A stretch of DNA of 64,000 nucleotides, taken from assembly GCF_000981445.1 (NCBI RefSeq), contig NC_027218.1:186001-250000 (forward strand), in the 5' to 3' direction. The stretch is from Babesia bigemina. Lineage: Eukaryota. The translations under genes were made by a program, and so were the position numbers. The first letter of the stretch is position 1. Each line of letters begins with the position of its first letter. Of this stretch, positions 38,346-50,069 are shown one piece after another. The notes below the pieces were generated by a model. It was not told the origin of the DNA and did not search any database. It saw only the letters and a list, made by a program, of their open reading frames with translations.

Positions 38346-41078
38346 TTAGCCGGCAGTCCCGCCATATGCCGCACCTTGACCATGAAAGAGGTACCGATAT
38401 AGCTGCGCCACGGCGCCAGCGAGCCTATCGGAATCGGAGAAGACGTGCATATTGAAGGAAGTAGGCTCGTCCGCTGCTTCAATCATAATGAGTACCTTGA
38501 ACCTGCTGCCACCCGTGCTCTTCTCATCTGGGCATCCACACTGGTGGAAGGACGCCAACATAAACATGCTGCCAGGCCGATCTTCAAGTTCGAAACTTGA
38601 CAGATGGTTGTTCAATGTAACCAGCTGGGTTGCCCTGTCGAAGGGCACCGTGTTGCGTGCCAAAAAATAAGTCTTCGACTGCTGCCTCAACGTCTCAAGC
38701 ACATTCAAATCTTCGAGAGGTTCGCAACGTAGAAAACTGGTTACGGGCAACGGGAGGAAAAGCGTATAATTCTTCTCAACACCCCCGGGTCCAATAAAAG
38801 TCGTCAGGGTTACCTTCGGAAGACCAATGAACGGGGCTAATGGGTACAGCTTGAAGTGAATATCCATGGAACTCATCGGCGCAATTTCCTTGGGCATTTC
38901 ATCCATAGGCGATAATACCAGGTGGATGGAGAAGTGTTCGAAGTTCGAAAAATCGAATCTCAAATCATGCATCGTCTCAACACCTCGGTTCTCCAGAGTG
39001 AGGCGGCAATCTGCCACTATCCCAATTTCTTCTTCTTCGTCAAGCCGTTGTATTAATGACACTTCCAGATTACTGTCGTTGTAAATTCCTGAGTCACGGA
39101 ACACAATGCTGTTGCGTATCCCCTCCAAATTTGAATTAGCATTGTCATACAGATCGTACTGATTGATATCATCATCAATTTCGAGTTCCTCATTGACGGA
39201 GTCAATATTGGAAACTTGATTCAGCGGCGCGTGATCAAGACGCGCATCTTCATTGGCGCACTGAACGTTGGTATTATCGGACTGCGTTGAAGAAAACTCG
39301 GCACCGTCGGTGTCTGCAGGACGGTGATCATGCACACCCGACGATTCACTAATGCAAGTGCCAAGCGTATCTTGATCTATTTGGCCCTCATGACTTTCAA
39401 TGTTGCTACCATCTCGAACTACGTTAGTCTCGTTTGTTGATGAAGACATATCCTCGTTCGTGTTGTTCGTTTTGGGGACTTGTTTACCTTCGTTTTCCAC
39501 CGCATCAGATTGAATAGAAGCTTTCTCCGAACCACTATCCACAGCCATATTTGCTTGGGCATACACCAATGTTGCACCTGTTGCAGGCGGTTCAGTAGCC
39601 CTTTCATTGGTATGAGATTCCTCATCTGGCGATTCTTGTGACTTTTGGACCTTCTCACCGACGGCTAACTTGTTGTTTGGGCAGTCGGTTACAATGTCAT
39701 CGGACGTAACATTTAAGGGGGCGTTTAAAATTGCATCACTGTTCACAGATGTACTATGTTTATTTTTTTCGGCATTATCAGACTCCAATGATGCGAACTC
39801 ATTGCTCAATACCGTTTTGTTATCTTTTTGATTGTGCACTTCCTGGGGTAATTCTTTGGCTGATGCGTTCTCATTTGCCAATATTTCGGCCGCCCAATGT
39901 TCCCGTGAGGCAACATCATTTAAGGCTGTCTTGAAAGAGTATGATGAAATACAGTCGTCCCTTGTTGCATCAGATGTTTCGTAAGCTTCCCTGCCTGTAT
40001 GAAAACCACCCCCAAGGGAACTTTGGTCACCTTTCAATGCGCTGAATGTCATATTCAGCGCGGCAAGATCATGATACACCCCATCACCTGTAGAAGCGGC
40101 AGAGCAGCGGATTTCCAAGCTCTTTATATGATCGATCAGGGTGGTGACGTCGGCACGCATACGGCCATAGTCAGCGTCTATCATTTCATTCAAAAGGCTA
40201 CTGCACTCCCCACGTAGAAAACCCAAATTGCTGACCAAATCCACTAGTTTGGCCTCGGATCTAGGTGACATAGTTGCTGGCTTTTGCTGTGTAGTTGGAT
40301 CTGCGGGCACAGCCACTCCAAGTTCTTCCATCTCATCTTCTATATGAGATACACGGTACTCCAGTTCCTTCGCACGCGTTCGGTATGATTTTGAAGCAGC
40401 GGATTCAACAGCATCCCTGACAGAACTCGAGTACGATGACGTTCCAGGTAACCTGACGTTACTGATCGCGTTGCTCAGGGAGGCACAACCAGTTGCAAGT
40501 TGCTTGAGTCTTAAGCTGTTGCACTTGTGAAGTAAACATCTAACACCAAAAGGCAGCGACTGATGAAGAGTCAGGTCGAAAGCCTCAACCTTTGAAAGTG
40601 TCTCTATGACGCTGTTGGCATATTTTGCGCATTTTACAAGATGGGCCTTGTTGACACATTCTCCGAACAGGGTAAGCCGACCTTTACCATTATTGGCGCC
40701 TCCGAGGCGTGCTATAATGTTTAGGACGGGTGAACATGCGACTTTGTACGAGTTGTGGTCGTTAGAAAGTGCTACGATCACCACGAACTGCATGGCGTTA
40801 ATCTTTCCAAGTGGAGACACCCCTTTATCCTTCAGGCTACGAGAACACAATTTCAGGGACTGCTTGATGTTCCGGTCGCTGCAAACATTAATCAGGTCGG
40901 ATGCCAGGATCTTCGAAGCCTCACCCACGCAGTCAGACAGTATGGCCCCAAACTTCATTTCGAGTGTCTTTTTGTCGTAATGTATGGCATTCATGGAATG
41001 GGGAGACCGGTGGAACGTATACTGGAGGTGCTGCCATAGTGTTGCAAACAGATCAGTGCCTACAACCGCATCCATCAT
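38346..41078 (-). CDS. Endocytic adaptor-like protein: helical N-terminus (VHS/GAT-like), acidic linker, C-terminal adaptin appendage domain; KIC4/KAE candidate
   Basis: C-terminal CRLTLENRG..LRFDF..PFIGLPKVTL..YTLFLPLPVTSFL..EPL resembles an alpha-adaptin ear; 910-aa ORF. Confidence 0.7.
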   Translation of the reverse strand: MMDAVVGTDLFATLWQHLQYTFHRSPHSMNAIHYDKKTLEMKFGAILSDCVGEASKILASDLINVCSDRNIKQSLKLCSRSLKDKGVSPLGKINAMQFVVIVALSNDHNSYKVACSPVLNIIARLGGANNGKGRLTLFGECVNKAHLVKCAKYANSVIETLSKVEAFDLTLHQSLPFGVRCLLHKCNSLRLKQLATGCASLSNAISNVRLPGTSSYSSSVRDAVESAASKSYRTRAKELEYRVSHIEDEMEELGVAVPADPTTQQKPATMSPRSEAKLVDLVSNLGFLRGECSSLLNEMIDADYGRMRADVTTLIDHIKSLEIRCSAASTGDGVYHDLAALNMTFSALKGDQSSLGGGFHTGREAYETSDATRDDCISSYSFKTALNDVASREHWAAEILANENASAKELPQEVHNQKDNKTVLSNEFASLESDNAEKNKHSTSVNSDAILNAPLNVTSDDIVTDCPNNKLAVGEKVQKSQESPDEESHTNERATEPPATGATLVYAQANMAVDSGSEKASIQSDAVENEGKQVPKTNNTNEDMSSSTNETNVVRDGSNIESHEGQIDQDTLGTCISESSGVHDHRPADTDGAEFSSTQSDNTNVQCANEDARLDHAPLNQVSNIDSVNEELEIDDDINQYDLYDNANSNLEGIRNSIVFRDSGIYNDSNLEVSLIQRLDEEEEIGIVADCRLTLENRGVETMHDLRFDFSNFEHFSIHLVLSPMDEMPKEIAPMSSMDIHFKLYPLAPFIGLPKVTLTTFIGPGGVEKNYTLFLPLPVTSFLRCEPLEDLNVLETLRQQSKTYFLARNTVPFDRATQLVTLNNHLSSFELEDRPGSMFMLASFHQCGCPDEKSTGGSRFKVLIMIEAADEPTSFNMHVFSDSDRLAGAVAQLYRYLFHGQGAAYGGTAG

Positions 41079-42226
41079 GTCAAGGCGTTAAACATGAACT
41101 TTATTGCCAATCAACGTCTACCTAACTGCTGGGTGCAATACTCACATATACATTTTATAACACTGTTTTGCTGGTGTATCGTACGTTTTGTTATCCGTGG
41201 AAGGCTTTTGCTTGGCAAAGCGGTAAACGGATTCAGCTGCCTTATCAGGTGACACACGAAGCTTAAACAATAAAAATTATGTATGACAGTTTATAGCCAT
41301 GAACTGTCTTCGGTTATTTTGAAAAGATTATTTGCCCCCGGAGATACAACGTGCTATGTTTACCAGCGGGCAACGCTTTGCACTCCAGTTGTCCCAGAGC
41401 ACCTGCGCCATTAGCAAGCACGATAATAGCTGACAGCGGAATTAAGATATAGATTGTATCAAATAAAACGGACTTAGTGTGCCGTTATAATCCTGTTGTG
41501 TGCAACATCCAGTACTCCCTTGGTTACCTCAACTCACAGGCGCTTATTTGTGTTATTCAACAGTGCTAGGTCATTCGCATTGGTTACATATAACCAAGAC
41601 TTTTTACCCTTAAACACACTACCAGAGCCGTGTGTTTGATGTAGCGTCGCAGTATTTTTCGCCGCAGTGGCATTTTCAGATGTGGACGCCCATAATAGAT
41701 TCTACTCTTGCTGGCAACGAGAAGGTGCTTTTTCTAAAGCGGTCCCATTATATGTGATGCCCATGTGTGAATAAAGAGATTGCTGCCGCCTGTGCATCAC
41801 GGCAGCGCAACTGTCATCTAAAATGATAAACGTGCCCATTATCACGGTGATGGTCTCCATTAACACAGAAAATATGCGCGTGTATCAGCAGTAGTCAATA
41901 GATGGCGAGCATTTTTCGGAAAAGCAACTTTGAACGTGATCGTGTACAGCCTTAATCCTACCACACATCTCTACCTAACTGATTCCGGAAGGGTTGTAAA
42001 CCGTGATGTGCACAGCGTTTACCTCAGTTAATTGTCATGATTTCACATGGGCGTATTATAATAGGATACTTTTACCAGATTTAGCTTCTGGCGCCCTTTG
42101 TAGGCGCGACTGAAGGGATATGTGTATCCGCCAGCTCTATATCCACGCATATCAGGGGGCTGAATAGAAGGCTAAGTAATCCTCCGGCTCTAGCCGGATA
42201 GCGGAATCCCCGCTGAAAGAATTACA

Positions 42227-45220
42227 ATGGTCAGGCTATTCCCGGGGTTCTTGAAAAAAATCATTGTACATAAGGGCACATCGCCGGATCCTGACGGATG
42301 CAAAAGAGATTCGACTAGCGAAGCAGCCGCCTCATATGTTGGACGATACTCAATAGAAAGTGGCGCTTCAGTGAACGAATCAAGGACAACAGCTGAGCAG
42401 GGGGGTTCTTGCACCGTGGCAACAGAGGAAGGCGTTGCCAAAGGCGATCTATTACAACGCGGCATCACATCCAATATCGCAACAATCGCGCTCGGTGAGT
42501 GGGGATATCCACTGTATGAGGACTGTCGTGACGATTCCTTCTTCTCGGGGAAGTATTTTACAGGCTTTCTACGCAACTACGTCACCAGCAGTGACCCGCT
42601 GGAGGACTTCATATCTGCTTCGAGGACTAAACTCATACCTAAGGTTGAAGAATCAGATTTTGCCGAATATATTCGTCAAATTTCGGTGTTTTATGCAACT
42701 ATGAATGAAGATGCCCCTAGTGGCGACGGCGCTGAGGGTGCTGATCGCCAAGCAGCGCCATCAGAAGTGCATGTGCCCAGGGAGTATTATAGTGAAGGAT
42801 ATGTGTTGTCTAAGAATGACGTATTTAAAGAGGAAGTCGAACGTATACCGGAGATCATGACAACGTTGGAGGCACAACTCGATGCTGTTAATTGCGAACT
42901 GCAGGAAATGCTAGAAAGGCGCTACGTACACGTTCACGAGGCGTGCACAAGCGTAGAAGAGCTACACAATCGGTTTCTAGATGTCACCAAACAAATTAAT
43001 CGAATACGAATGGATCTGGAGGGTGAAACTACCAAGGGTACTATCATGAAAAGCTTATCAACCGCGCCAATCAAAAAAGAAGAGTTGGATGCCATTCTTC
43101 AGAAAGGTATATCACGCAAGAAAGAACTGCAGACAATGCTGGAATATTTGCAAATGTTCAGGGCTATCATAGCGCTGCCGGAATATATACAGGGTATCGC
43201 AGACTCCAATGGCATTGCAGTCGCAAACTTCCTCAGTCAATCCGTAGTGAATTATCTGTGCGATAACTTGGGAAAGTTTAAGCTCGCGCATTCTGTAGCC
43301 GGCGTAGTCAGCGAATCTATACTCAACATCCAGCGTGTCGCCGAGACTAAATTTATTAATATTGCGTTAGTTGCCCTGATAGACCTCAGGGATACGTCGG
43401 ACATGAAGAGTTCGATTGATTCGTTAAAAACGATGCTCGACCAAATGCATCAACCGTTAATCGCACTGACAAATGCCTCGATGTTGAGGGATGCGATGGA
43501 AACCTTAACTCTGGCGTGCAAGGGTGCTAAAGCGGCCATCGGTTACGAAAAATACGATACCTGGACCGAGCTTGCGAAATCTTTTGAGGGGCATAAATCT
43601 AGGCTTCTGTCATACTTCTTTTTATCGCAAGTTTGGGGGTGCATGGTTTTGCGGCGCATGCTGTGCGTGGAGAGGATGCGACAAGACAAAACCCTTTCGA
43701 TGGAATCCACCGAATCCGTGAAATTGGCTGAAAAAGTACTATCCGTGGTACAAGATCGTATGTCATCGACTAATCCTGTTGGTAACATGACTACAGTATC
43801 AACTATTTCTGCATTAGTCAGTAAAACGGTGGTGTTACCGCCTATGTGCATGAATGACATTGACTACTGGTCAATTTACCAATCAGGGATTCGCACAGAT
43901 TCTAATTTAAACAAAACAAAAGGTTCGGACTCTATTGACGCTGATATAAGCGATGTTTTGGCTGCTTACGTTGCATCCATAAAACACATCGTCGACACGG
44001 CGTCAAAAAATTCGTTCGATGATTTTGCGAATCACGTGGTATTGACGTCCAACTTCAAGGCGGAATTTGATGTTAGCGAGTTTATAAACTTTGTGGAGAG
44101 TTGTAAGGCTTTAAAAACACAGTATGAACGACTCCAGGTTGACATAAAGGCCATGTACCTTTTTCCTTCTATGATTCTGAGAACTTTAGACAACGAGTGG
44201 CGTTCCGACAAACATTCAAAAATGGTTTTGAGTCCTGGGATAACGGCCATTAAATCTATATTACCGGATGAAGATCGTGACATCACGTATGAATTCCGGG
44301 CAATAGTGGACCGAGTCATCAAGTCGCTCGGTGTATCATGCCTAGAGGTGCTTAAATCGAATAACGTAACGTGTGTGCAATCTGCGCTGGCGGAAGAAAT
44401 TTGGGATGCGCCTTATGCTCACAGCTACTCCACTGCCGATGGTGAAGTGCCATTTTTGTTGATGAAATCATGTGCAAGTATCGACGAAAGGCTTAACCTA
44501 TATTTACTACTTGCGGAGGCCTTGCCGTGCACAGGAGAGTGCGCATCACAGGATTGTACACAGCTCATCGAGGTATATCATTCAATGATCGATGCAGAGG
44601 TGTCGATGCTGCACTTCCAAGAGGCAGACATAGACAGTTCTACCATGCGCAAGGCATGCCTTATAGCTGAAGCTTTGAGGTATTTCTCACACAGGATAAC
44701 CGATGTCGTTAAAAACACGATAAATGCTATGTCAGCTGCGGTTGTAGCACATGCGTATGAGCCAAATGCGTGCCCAGCAGATTTGGATGCTAAGCGCAAA
44801 GGTCTCCATGAAGCAGCAGGGCAATGTTCCGACAATTTGAAATCATTGAGCCGTAGAATGCTTGAAACAATTTCAAACGAAATCGGTAGTAAGATGGCGC
44901 GTCAAATGAATTTCTGGGTTTTACAGCCCTCGGATTCCTGCTACGATGACAAAGCACTGCATGACATGATACAAATTGTACAAAATAGTGTTGATATAGT
45001 GTCAAAAGTGCTAATGGACGTCGCAGATGTTCAATTTGTATTTGCGAATGCCTTTAAGCAGCTTCATACAGTCATACCTGTTGAAGATATAAATGAGCAA
45101 CTGAAGGAAGACTTTCGCGATAGTTGCGCCGAGTTAATAACCAGACTCTCACACAACACCTGTATAAAACTGGAGATATTCTCATTAGCAGACACACTCT
45201 CTAATGAACTATTCAGCTAA
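42227..45220 (+). CDS. VPS54: GARP complex subunit Vps54-like
   Basis: VPREYYSEGYVL..LEAQLDAVNCELQEML..HEACTSVEELH coiled coil and LAEEIWD motif resemble Vps54; 997 aa. Confidence 0.7.
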   Translation: MVRLFPGFLKKIIVHKGTSPDPDGCKRDSTSEAAASYVGRYSIESGASVNESRTTAEQGGSCTVATEEGVAKGDLLQRGITSNIATIALGEWGYPLYEDCRDDSFFSGKYFTGFLRNYVTSSDPLEDFISASRTKLIPKVEESDFAEYIRQISVFYATMNEDAPSGDGAEGADRQAAPSEVHVPREYYSEGYVLSKNDVFKEEVERIPEIMTTLEAQLDAVNCELQEMLERRYVHVHEACTSVEELHNRFLDVTKQINRIRMDLEGETTKGTIMKSLSTAPIKKEELDAILQKGISRKKELQTMLEYLQMFRAIIALPEYIQGIADSNGIAVANFLSQSVVNYLCDNLGKFKLAHSVAGVVSESILNIQRVAETKFINIALVALIDLRDTSDMKSSIDSLKTMLDQMHQPLIALTNASMLRDAMETLTLACKGAKAAIGYEKYDTWTELAKSFEGHKSRLLSYFFLSQVWGCMVLRRMLCVERMRQDKTLSMESTESVKLAEKVLSVVQDRMSSTNPVGNMTTVSTISALVSKTVVLPPMCMNDIDYWSIYQSGIRTDSNLNKTKGSDSIDADISDVLAAYVASIKHIVDTASKNSFDDFANHVVLTSNFKAEFDVSEFINFVESCKALKTQYERLQVDIKAMYLFPSMILRTLDNEWRSDKHSKMVLSPGITAIKSILPDEDRDITYEFRAIVDRVIKSLGVSCLEVLKSNNVTCVQSALAEEIWDAPYAHSYSTADGEVPFLLMKSCASIDERLNLYLLLAEALPCTGECASQDCTQLIEVYHSMIDAEVSMLHFQEADIDSSTMRKACLIAEALRYFSHRITDVVKNTINAMSAAVVAHAYEPNACPADLDAKRKGLHEAAGQCSDNLKSLSRRMLETISNEIGSKMARQMNFWVLQPSDSCYDDKALHDMIQIVQNSVDIVSKVLMDVADVQFVFANAFKQLHTVIPVEDINEQLKEDFRDSCAELITRLSHNTCIKLEIFSLADTLSNELFS

Positions 45221-45641
45221 GGCGCAACTGGTGGTTATAATAATCTACGGAAAGGTATATACGCCCATTTCATGTGTCATGACAGTAGTGCATGGATTTA
45301 TCTGTTATATATTGTATCACGCATAGTGTGTTTAAATCGGTGTGATTGCATTTAAATTGACAGTACTATGGGACACTATATGACATTAATCCTTTTACAA
45401 AGAGCCTCATGGGATACCAGTGCACCCTTGTGAGTAGGCACTCATTCCAACATTGCGAACACTAATAAGCTGCCTTTACATCTTTTCTACGCTGTACACG
45501 AAGTTGCTTATTAGGTAGATTGGTTAGCATCTTTACAACAATGGGCTGTAGACACGACAATGGAGGATTACACATCAACATATGATTAACAAACTTAATG
45601 AAAGAATAACTCCTTGGCTACATGAATAAACAAAACGCCCA

Positions 45642-46994
45642 TTAAATGGGACTAGCGGCGTCCAAGTTCGCCACTGTAGGTGCACCAGGACACTGGAAGT
45701 TGCCTGTGGCGGCAGCAGTAGAGATTTGGGGACGCTTATTATGATATTTTTTGGTATTCCAGGCATGCAACAAACCCATGTTGATGTCAACCCCTGGTAT
45801 TCCGTATACTCCCCTGCTGCCCATGTAGAATTTGCGAGGTTTTACAGGTTTAACGTATTGTACACGTGGCTTCACTGACGCGGCCTTCACGTCCTTTACA
45901 GGTTCCTCAACCTTTACTTCGTCTACAGTTTCTTCAGCCTCTACTTCGTCTACTGTTTCTTCAGCCTCTACTTCGTCTACAGTTTCTTCAGCCTCTACTT
46001 CGTCTACTGTTTCTTCAGCCTCTACTTCGTCTACTGTTTCTTCAGCCTCTACTTCGTCTACTGTTTCTTCAGCCTCTACTTCGTCTACTGTTTCTTCAGC
46101 CTCTATGTCATTTACAGTCTCCTCAGCTTTTAAGGCATTTACAGATTCTGCGGCGTTTACGGGTTCTATAATTTCTTCAACGTCTGCAGATACCTCAGTT
46201 TCCATATCTTCTACAGCTTCCTCATTCTCCGATCCCTGCGTAATCCAGAAGTCGGCGAGTTCCATGAGCGTGTCCAACTCTTCTATACCTATACCGCTCA
46301 ACGCATTTACGACGTCTGAACGACTTAAGCTAGAGCTGCATTCCGGCTTAGCATAACGCAAAGCGTTCAATAAATCTCCTAAGTTCTTCTTCGCCTTGGA
46401 TGGAAACAACCTAAAATCATCAGCGTCAGTCGCATCCCACAAAGACATCAACCCTGCATATAGCATCGGCGTGATTCCCACGAAGACAGCTGCGCAATCT
46501 GCCGGTTTCTGGGTACATGAATTACTCCATGTTGCTCCTGAACTGTAAGCAGACATATATTTGCCGGGAATTTTTACTTCTGCCAAGAACTTATCACAAC
46601 CTTTCACAGATTTGGCTATTCTCTCCACAATATTTTCAGCAGTGATACCCCAGGTCTTTATGCCATTATCATCATCGTCCTCATCGATGGGATGAGAAAA
46701 CGTTGAGAAGAAATCGCGTTTTTTATGAGTAGGCGTATTGAATCTATCCAATATCATTTTTACTGCCCGCCGGTCTTTAAGCCCCTCTTGTTCCAAGAAC
46801 TCTTTAGTAATAAGTTTAAGCTTCTGGAAGGCTGGAATGTCGTCATAACAAACTGAGTTGTCTCTGAGAAAATTCAAAACTGCGTCACTAATAGCCGCCA
46901 AGTTCTTTTCAGCATCAGATCCCTTCAGCGCTACCAGCCAGTCAATACCCTCCCTGAAATTGCGGGGAAGCTCGGTCAACGAGTTGAATACCAT
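45642..46994 (-). CDS. Short ves-family protein (VESA1 N-terminal-like domain plus acidic repeats, no TM; ves2-like)
   Basis: MVFNSLTELPRNFREGIDWLVALKG, YMSAYSSGATW..C..CAAVFVGITPMLYAGL. Confidence 0.85.
   Translation of the reverse strand: MVFNSLTELPRNFREGIDWLVALKGSDAEKNLAAISDAVLNFLRDNSVCYDDIPAFQKLKLITKEFLEQEGLKDRRAVKMILDRFNTPTHKKRDFFSTFSHPIDEDDDDNGIKTWGITAENIVERIAKSVKGCDKFLAEVKIPGKYMSAYSSGATWSNSCTQKPADCAAVFVGITPMLYAGLMSLWDATDADDFRLFPSKAKKNLGDLLNALRYAKPECSSSLSRSDVVNALSGIGIEELDTLMELADFWITQGSENEEAVEDMETEVSADVEEIIEPVNAAESVNALKAEETVNDIEAEETVDEVEAEETVDEVEAEETVDEVEAEETVDEVEAEETVDEVEAEETVDEVEAEETVDEVKVEEPVKDVKAASVKPRVQYVKPVKPRKFYMGSRGVYGIPGVDINMGLLHAWNTKKYHNKRPQISTAAATGNFQCPGAPTVANLDAASPI
45915..46103 (-). 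repeat. 7 x 27-bp coding tandem repeat (EAEETVDEV)
   Basis: Unit TACTTCGTCTAC(A/T)GTTTCTTCAGCCTC on +, with one synonymous variable site and degenerate flanking copies. Confidence 0.97.
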
Positions 46995-49072
46995 TTTGAA
47001 ATGAGTCTTTAAATTAGCCGACTTCTATAAACGCGTTAAATTTTTGTCTATCTACAGGCTGGTTTGCAAACAGCTCTGTCTTTATGGCGGATTAGCAGAA
47101 CAGTGAGGTTGCCTTCAAGTGAATATTCGCCTCAAAGCAATATACAAACCTCTCTGCAAACAAAACAGGTAGAAGTTGGAGGAACTATAACAACCAATCT
47201 GCGCTGTCTAATACAGATCCACGCCATTAACGTGACATGCAATACGCAGCACGCGAGTCATTGGGGAGGTACATTTTAGACAGGAATGGCATATGCTGAG
47301 CCTCGTGATGTTAGCACAATAATCGGCGTGTGCTGATGCTTAAAATGATATGATGGGTTGCGAGCAGCATGTCGCAGAGCCTACAACGTCTTGCGGGGAT
47401 TGATCGTTACCAAAACGTGACTCATATAATACGGAATGAAAACACTCCTTGTGCAGTTTTGCGCAATTAGCCTAGTTCTTTTAAGCTTGATGATGTAGCG
47501 TCGACTTTTGCCGCGAGTGCTTCCTAGAGCCTAGCAATGGCGAATGGCGATGTATTGGTTCACTTTCCTCTCGATACAGTTATTCCTCCGGTCTTGATAG
47601 CGGTTTGCTTTAGAATGCAGCGCACTGACAAATATGGTACTATTATCTGTACCCGTATCATATTGTGTGTACGTATGTCGTACGATACGTCGGTTTTGGA
47701 CTACTACTATGGTTCGTGAACTTGCATTATAACTTTAATGTACAGATGCTTCGTCCCAAACATGTTAACTACTGGCCTGTGTATCCTATGGCCCTTAGTA
47801 ATCCGTTATTTGGTCGCAGGGTCGATATTGGCGGTTCTGAGCTGCGCGTGACTCAATCCTGTCAGCGATTCCTTATCTCTATATGAGCGACTTCGAACTT
47901 AACGGGAAGGAACTATACCACCTGTTCCCATTGTTACTTTGACGTTATTTATGCGTACTGAGACTGTCAAACAAACACATGCCGGCAAACATATATCGGA
48001 ATAACTATCACTAATAATGTGTGTTGTAACCTAGGATGCCGAGCTCGGTCTTCATGCTACGCTGGGTGACCTAGTGTACGATGTTATAAGCGTACATATC
48101 GATTGATGATCGACTGTTTTAGTCGTTATTGTGACATTACTACTCTACCATGGCGACCGTATGTCACTGCTATGAATCTCACACCGGTTAAACTCTTTGG
48201 ATCATCTACCCCCTTAATCCCACATTAGTTTCCCACACAACTCTATAAATTGACGCGAATGTTCGCCTATATATGTTACATTACAATGTCTTCATTATGT
48301 TAACGTGGGAATACGCATTATAAGAGTGTCATCTCTACTGCCAATAAGTTGGGCTCCTTATTGAGCTGAGGGTTACCGAAAGTGGTTCCTAGCCATATCA
48401 TACCGACAACATATCTCAAAGATTCATCATGTTTCTGGCACTTCATACCTGATTGTGAATCACACTCCGTTTTCCCAGCACCCATCCCAGCAAGCTGTAG
48501 GCTGCCGCTGCGTAGGGCGGGCACGGGTAACTGTGATTTAGTAATTACCAATATAAGTCACTTCAGCCTTATGAATAGTTATGATGTGAAGTGATGTGAA
48601 CACGCAGTGAGCAAATGAACTGCTTTATGGTTTAATTTTTCTCCAACAGTGTAGGGTGGCCAAGTGCTCACACGGTAGTTGGTTGATTTAATTGGTGGAG
48701 TTACTGAGGAACAATGACCATTGCCGCATTAAACCTTTTGTTGAGTATTTCGGGCATAGTCTGAATTTTAGGTTGTTATGATATCACCAACGCAAAACCT
48801 TGCACCTTCCCGAAGTGTGCCGGACATACGCTATTTGTCTTATGAGACGTGACATCAAATCCCATTACTGGCACGACGTGTTGTGGCCAACACAAAACTA
48901 TAGGCATGTATTACAACACTAAAATACGATGCGAACACAGCACCGACAACTACCAAAATCTAACCAAGTACTATGCAGCCACTGGAGACACAAATCAGCA
49001 AATCGAACAACATGAATTATGACAATTAAACTCTGTCATTGACAACAAGATGTACTACATCTGAGCTACCCA

Positions 49073-49762
49073 TTACTTGGCGTAGTAGTTCTCGATTTGG
49101 ATGGTGGATAGAACGACACCCTTGATGGTCACGCAGCGGCACTCCAACTGCGGGGTCTGGCGCAGAGTCTCGTATGGTCCAATGAGTTCGCTGTTGAACT
49201 TCAAGATGACGAAGTGGTTGAAACGTGATGCTACTAAAGACTGGCTGAATTCGATTACGTCCTTCACCTCACCATCGACATAGACCTGGTTAAAGCAGTT
49301 GGACGGGTGTAAGACGTATGGCGGTGCGCAGAACGCCGCTTCCTTAGCAGCCTTCACATGGCATGTCTATACGCACTCTGTTCTGGTAAAATATGCCCAA
49401 TTGATGCCCCATCTTAGTTATTTCTTCAGTTAATGGCATCGTTGTGTTCAACGGAAGCGTATCTTCTTGGTAATCCCTATAATGATAAATGTTATGCTGC
49501 AAAACATCGCTTAAAACCAGATGCCGAGGACCGCAGATAAATATCATACAGTTATCAGTGAGCCCATCATCCCGTTTTTTTTGGTACATAATGTCAGTTC
49601 GAGGAACAAAGGACTCCAACCATGTGAAGAGATTTTTGTCTTCGGTACCCATCATTTCCGAAATGGCAATGGATCGAAGGTTGCCAGTTTCTTCAACGCA
49701 CGTGTTTAGAGGGCTGCAACTTTGTGAAGTTGGTTAAAGCCGCCATACATAATCGGTATCAT
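49073..49762 (-). CDS. Hypothetical protein, multi-exon; 5' end uncertain
   Basis: ORFs 49344-49655 and 49073-49357 join in frame via a 25-nt GT-AG intron (49352-49376); possible short first exon from ATG 49762. Confidence 0.65.
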
Positions 49763-50069
49763 TGACGTGGCGGCGGCATATTACAGCTCCGTTGAGAAAG
49801 TCCTCTAGACATTTGTGACACGCAACGAACGCATTTCAGCTGAGCAAGCAATTTGGGCTGTCAAAATAACAACGAAATGCAACTTTGCTTATATTAGAAG
49901 ACAACATTATTCCGCAGAATGCGCAAATAGGACTTATTGCAAGTTCGGTCATTGTTATAATTTTCCATTTTATCGAGAAATACCAAAATATGACACAAAA
50001 AAAAGCATTTTATGTTTATATGAAATTAAACAAGATTTTTATAATTTCTATTTAATTTTTTGTTGGTAA

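Noticed and set aside
45915..46103. 27-bp repeats as a CRISPR array
   Set aside because: There are no spacers, the repeats are in-frame coding sequence, and the genome is eukaryotic.
45832..46356. Ser/Thr-rich and LLRLLFLQP ORFs on the + strand
   Set aside because: Antisense frames of the EAEETVDEV repeat.
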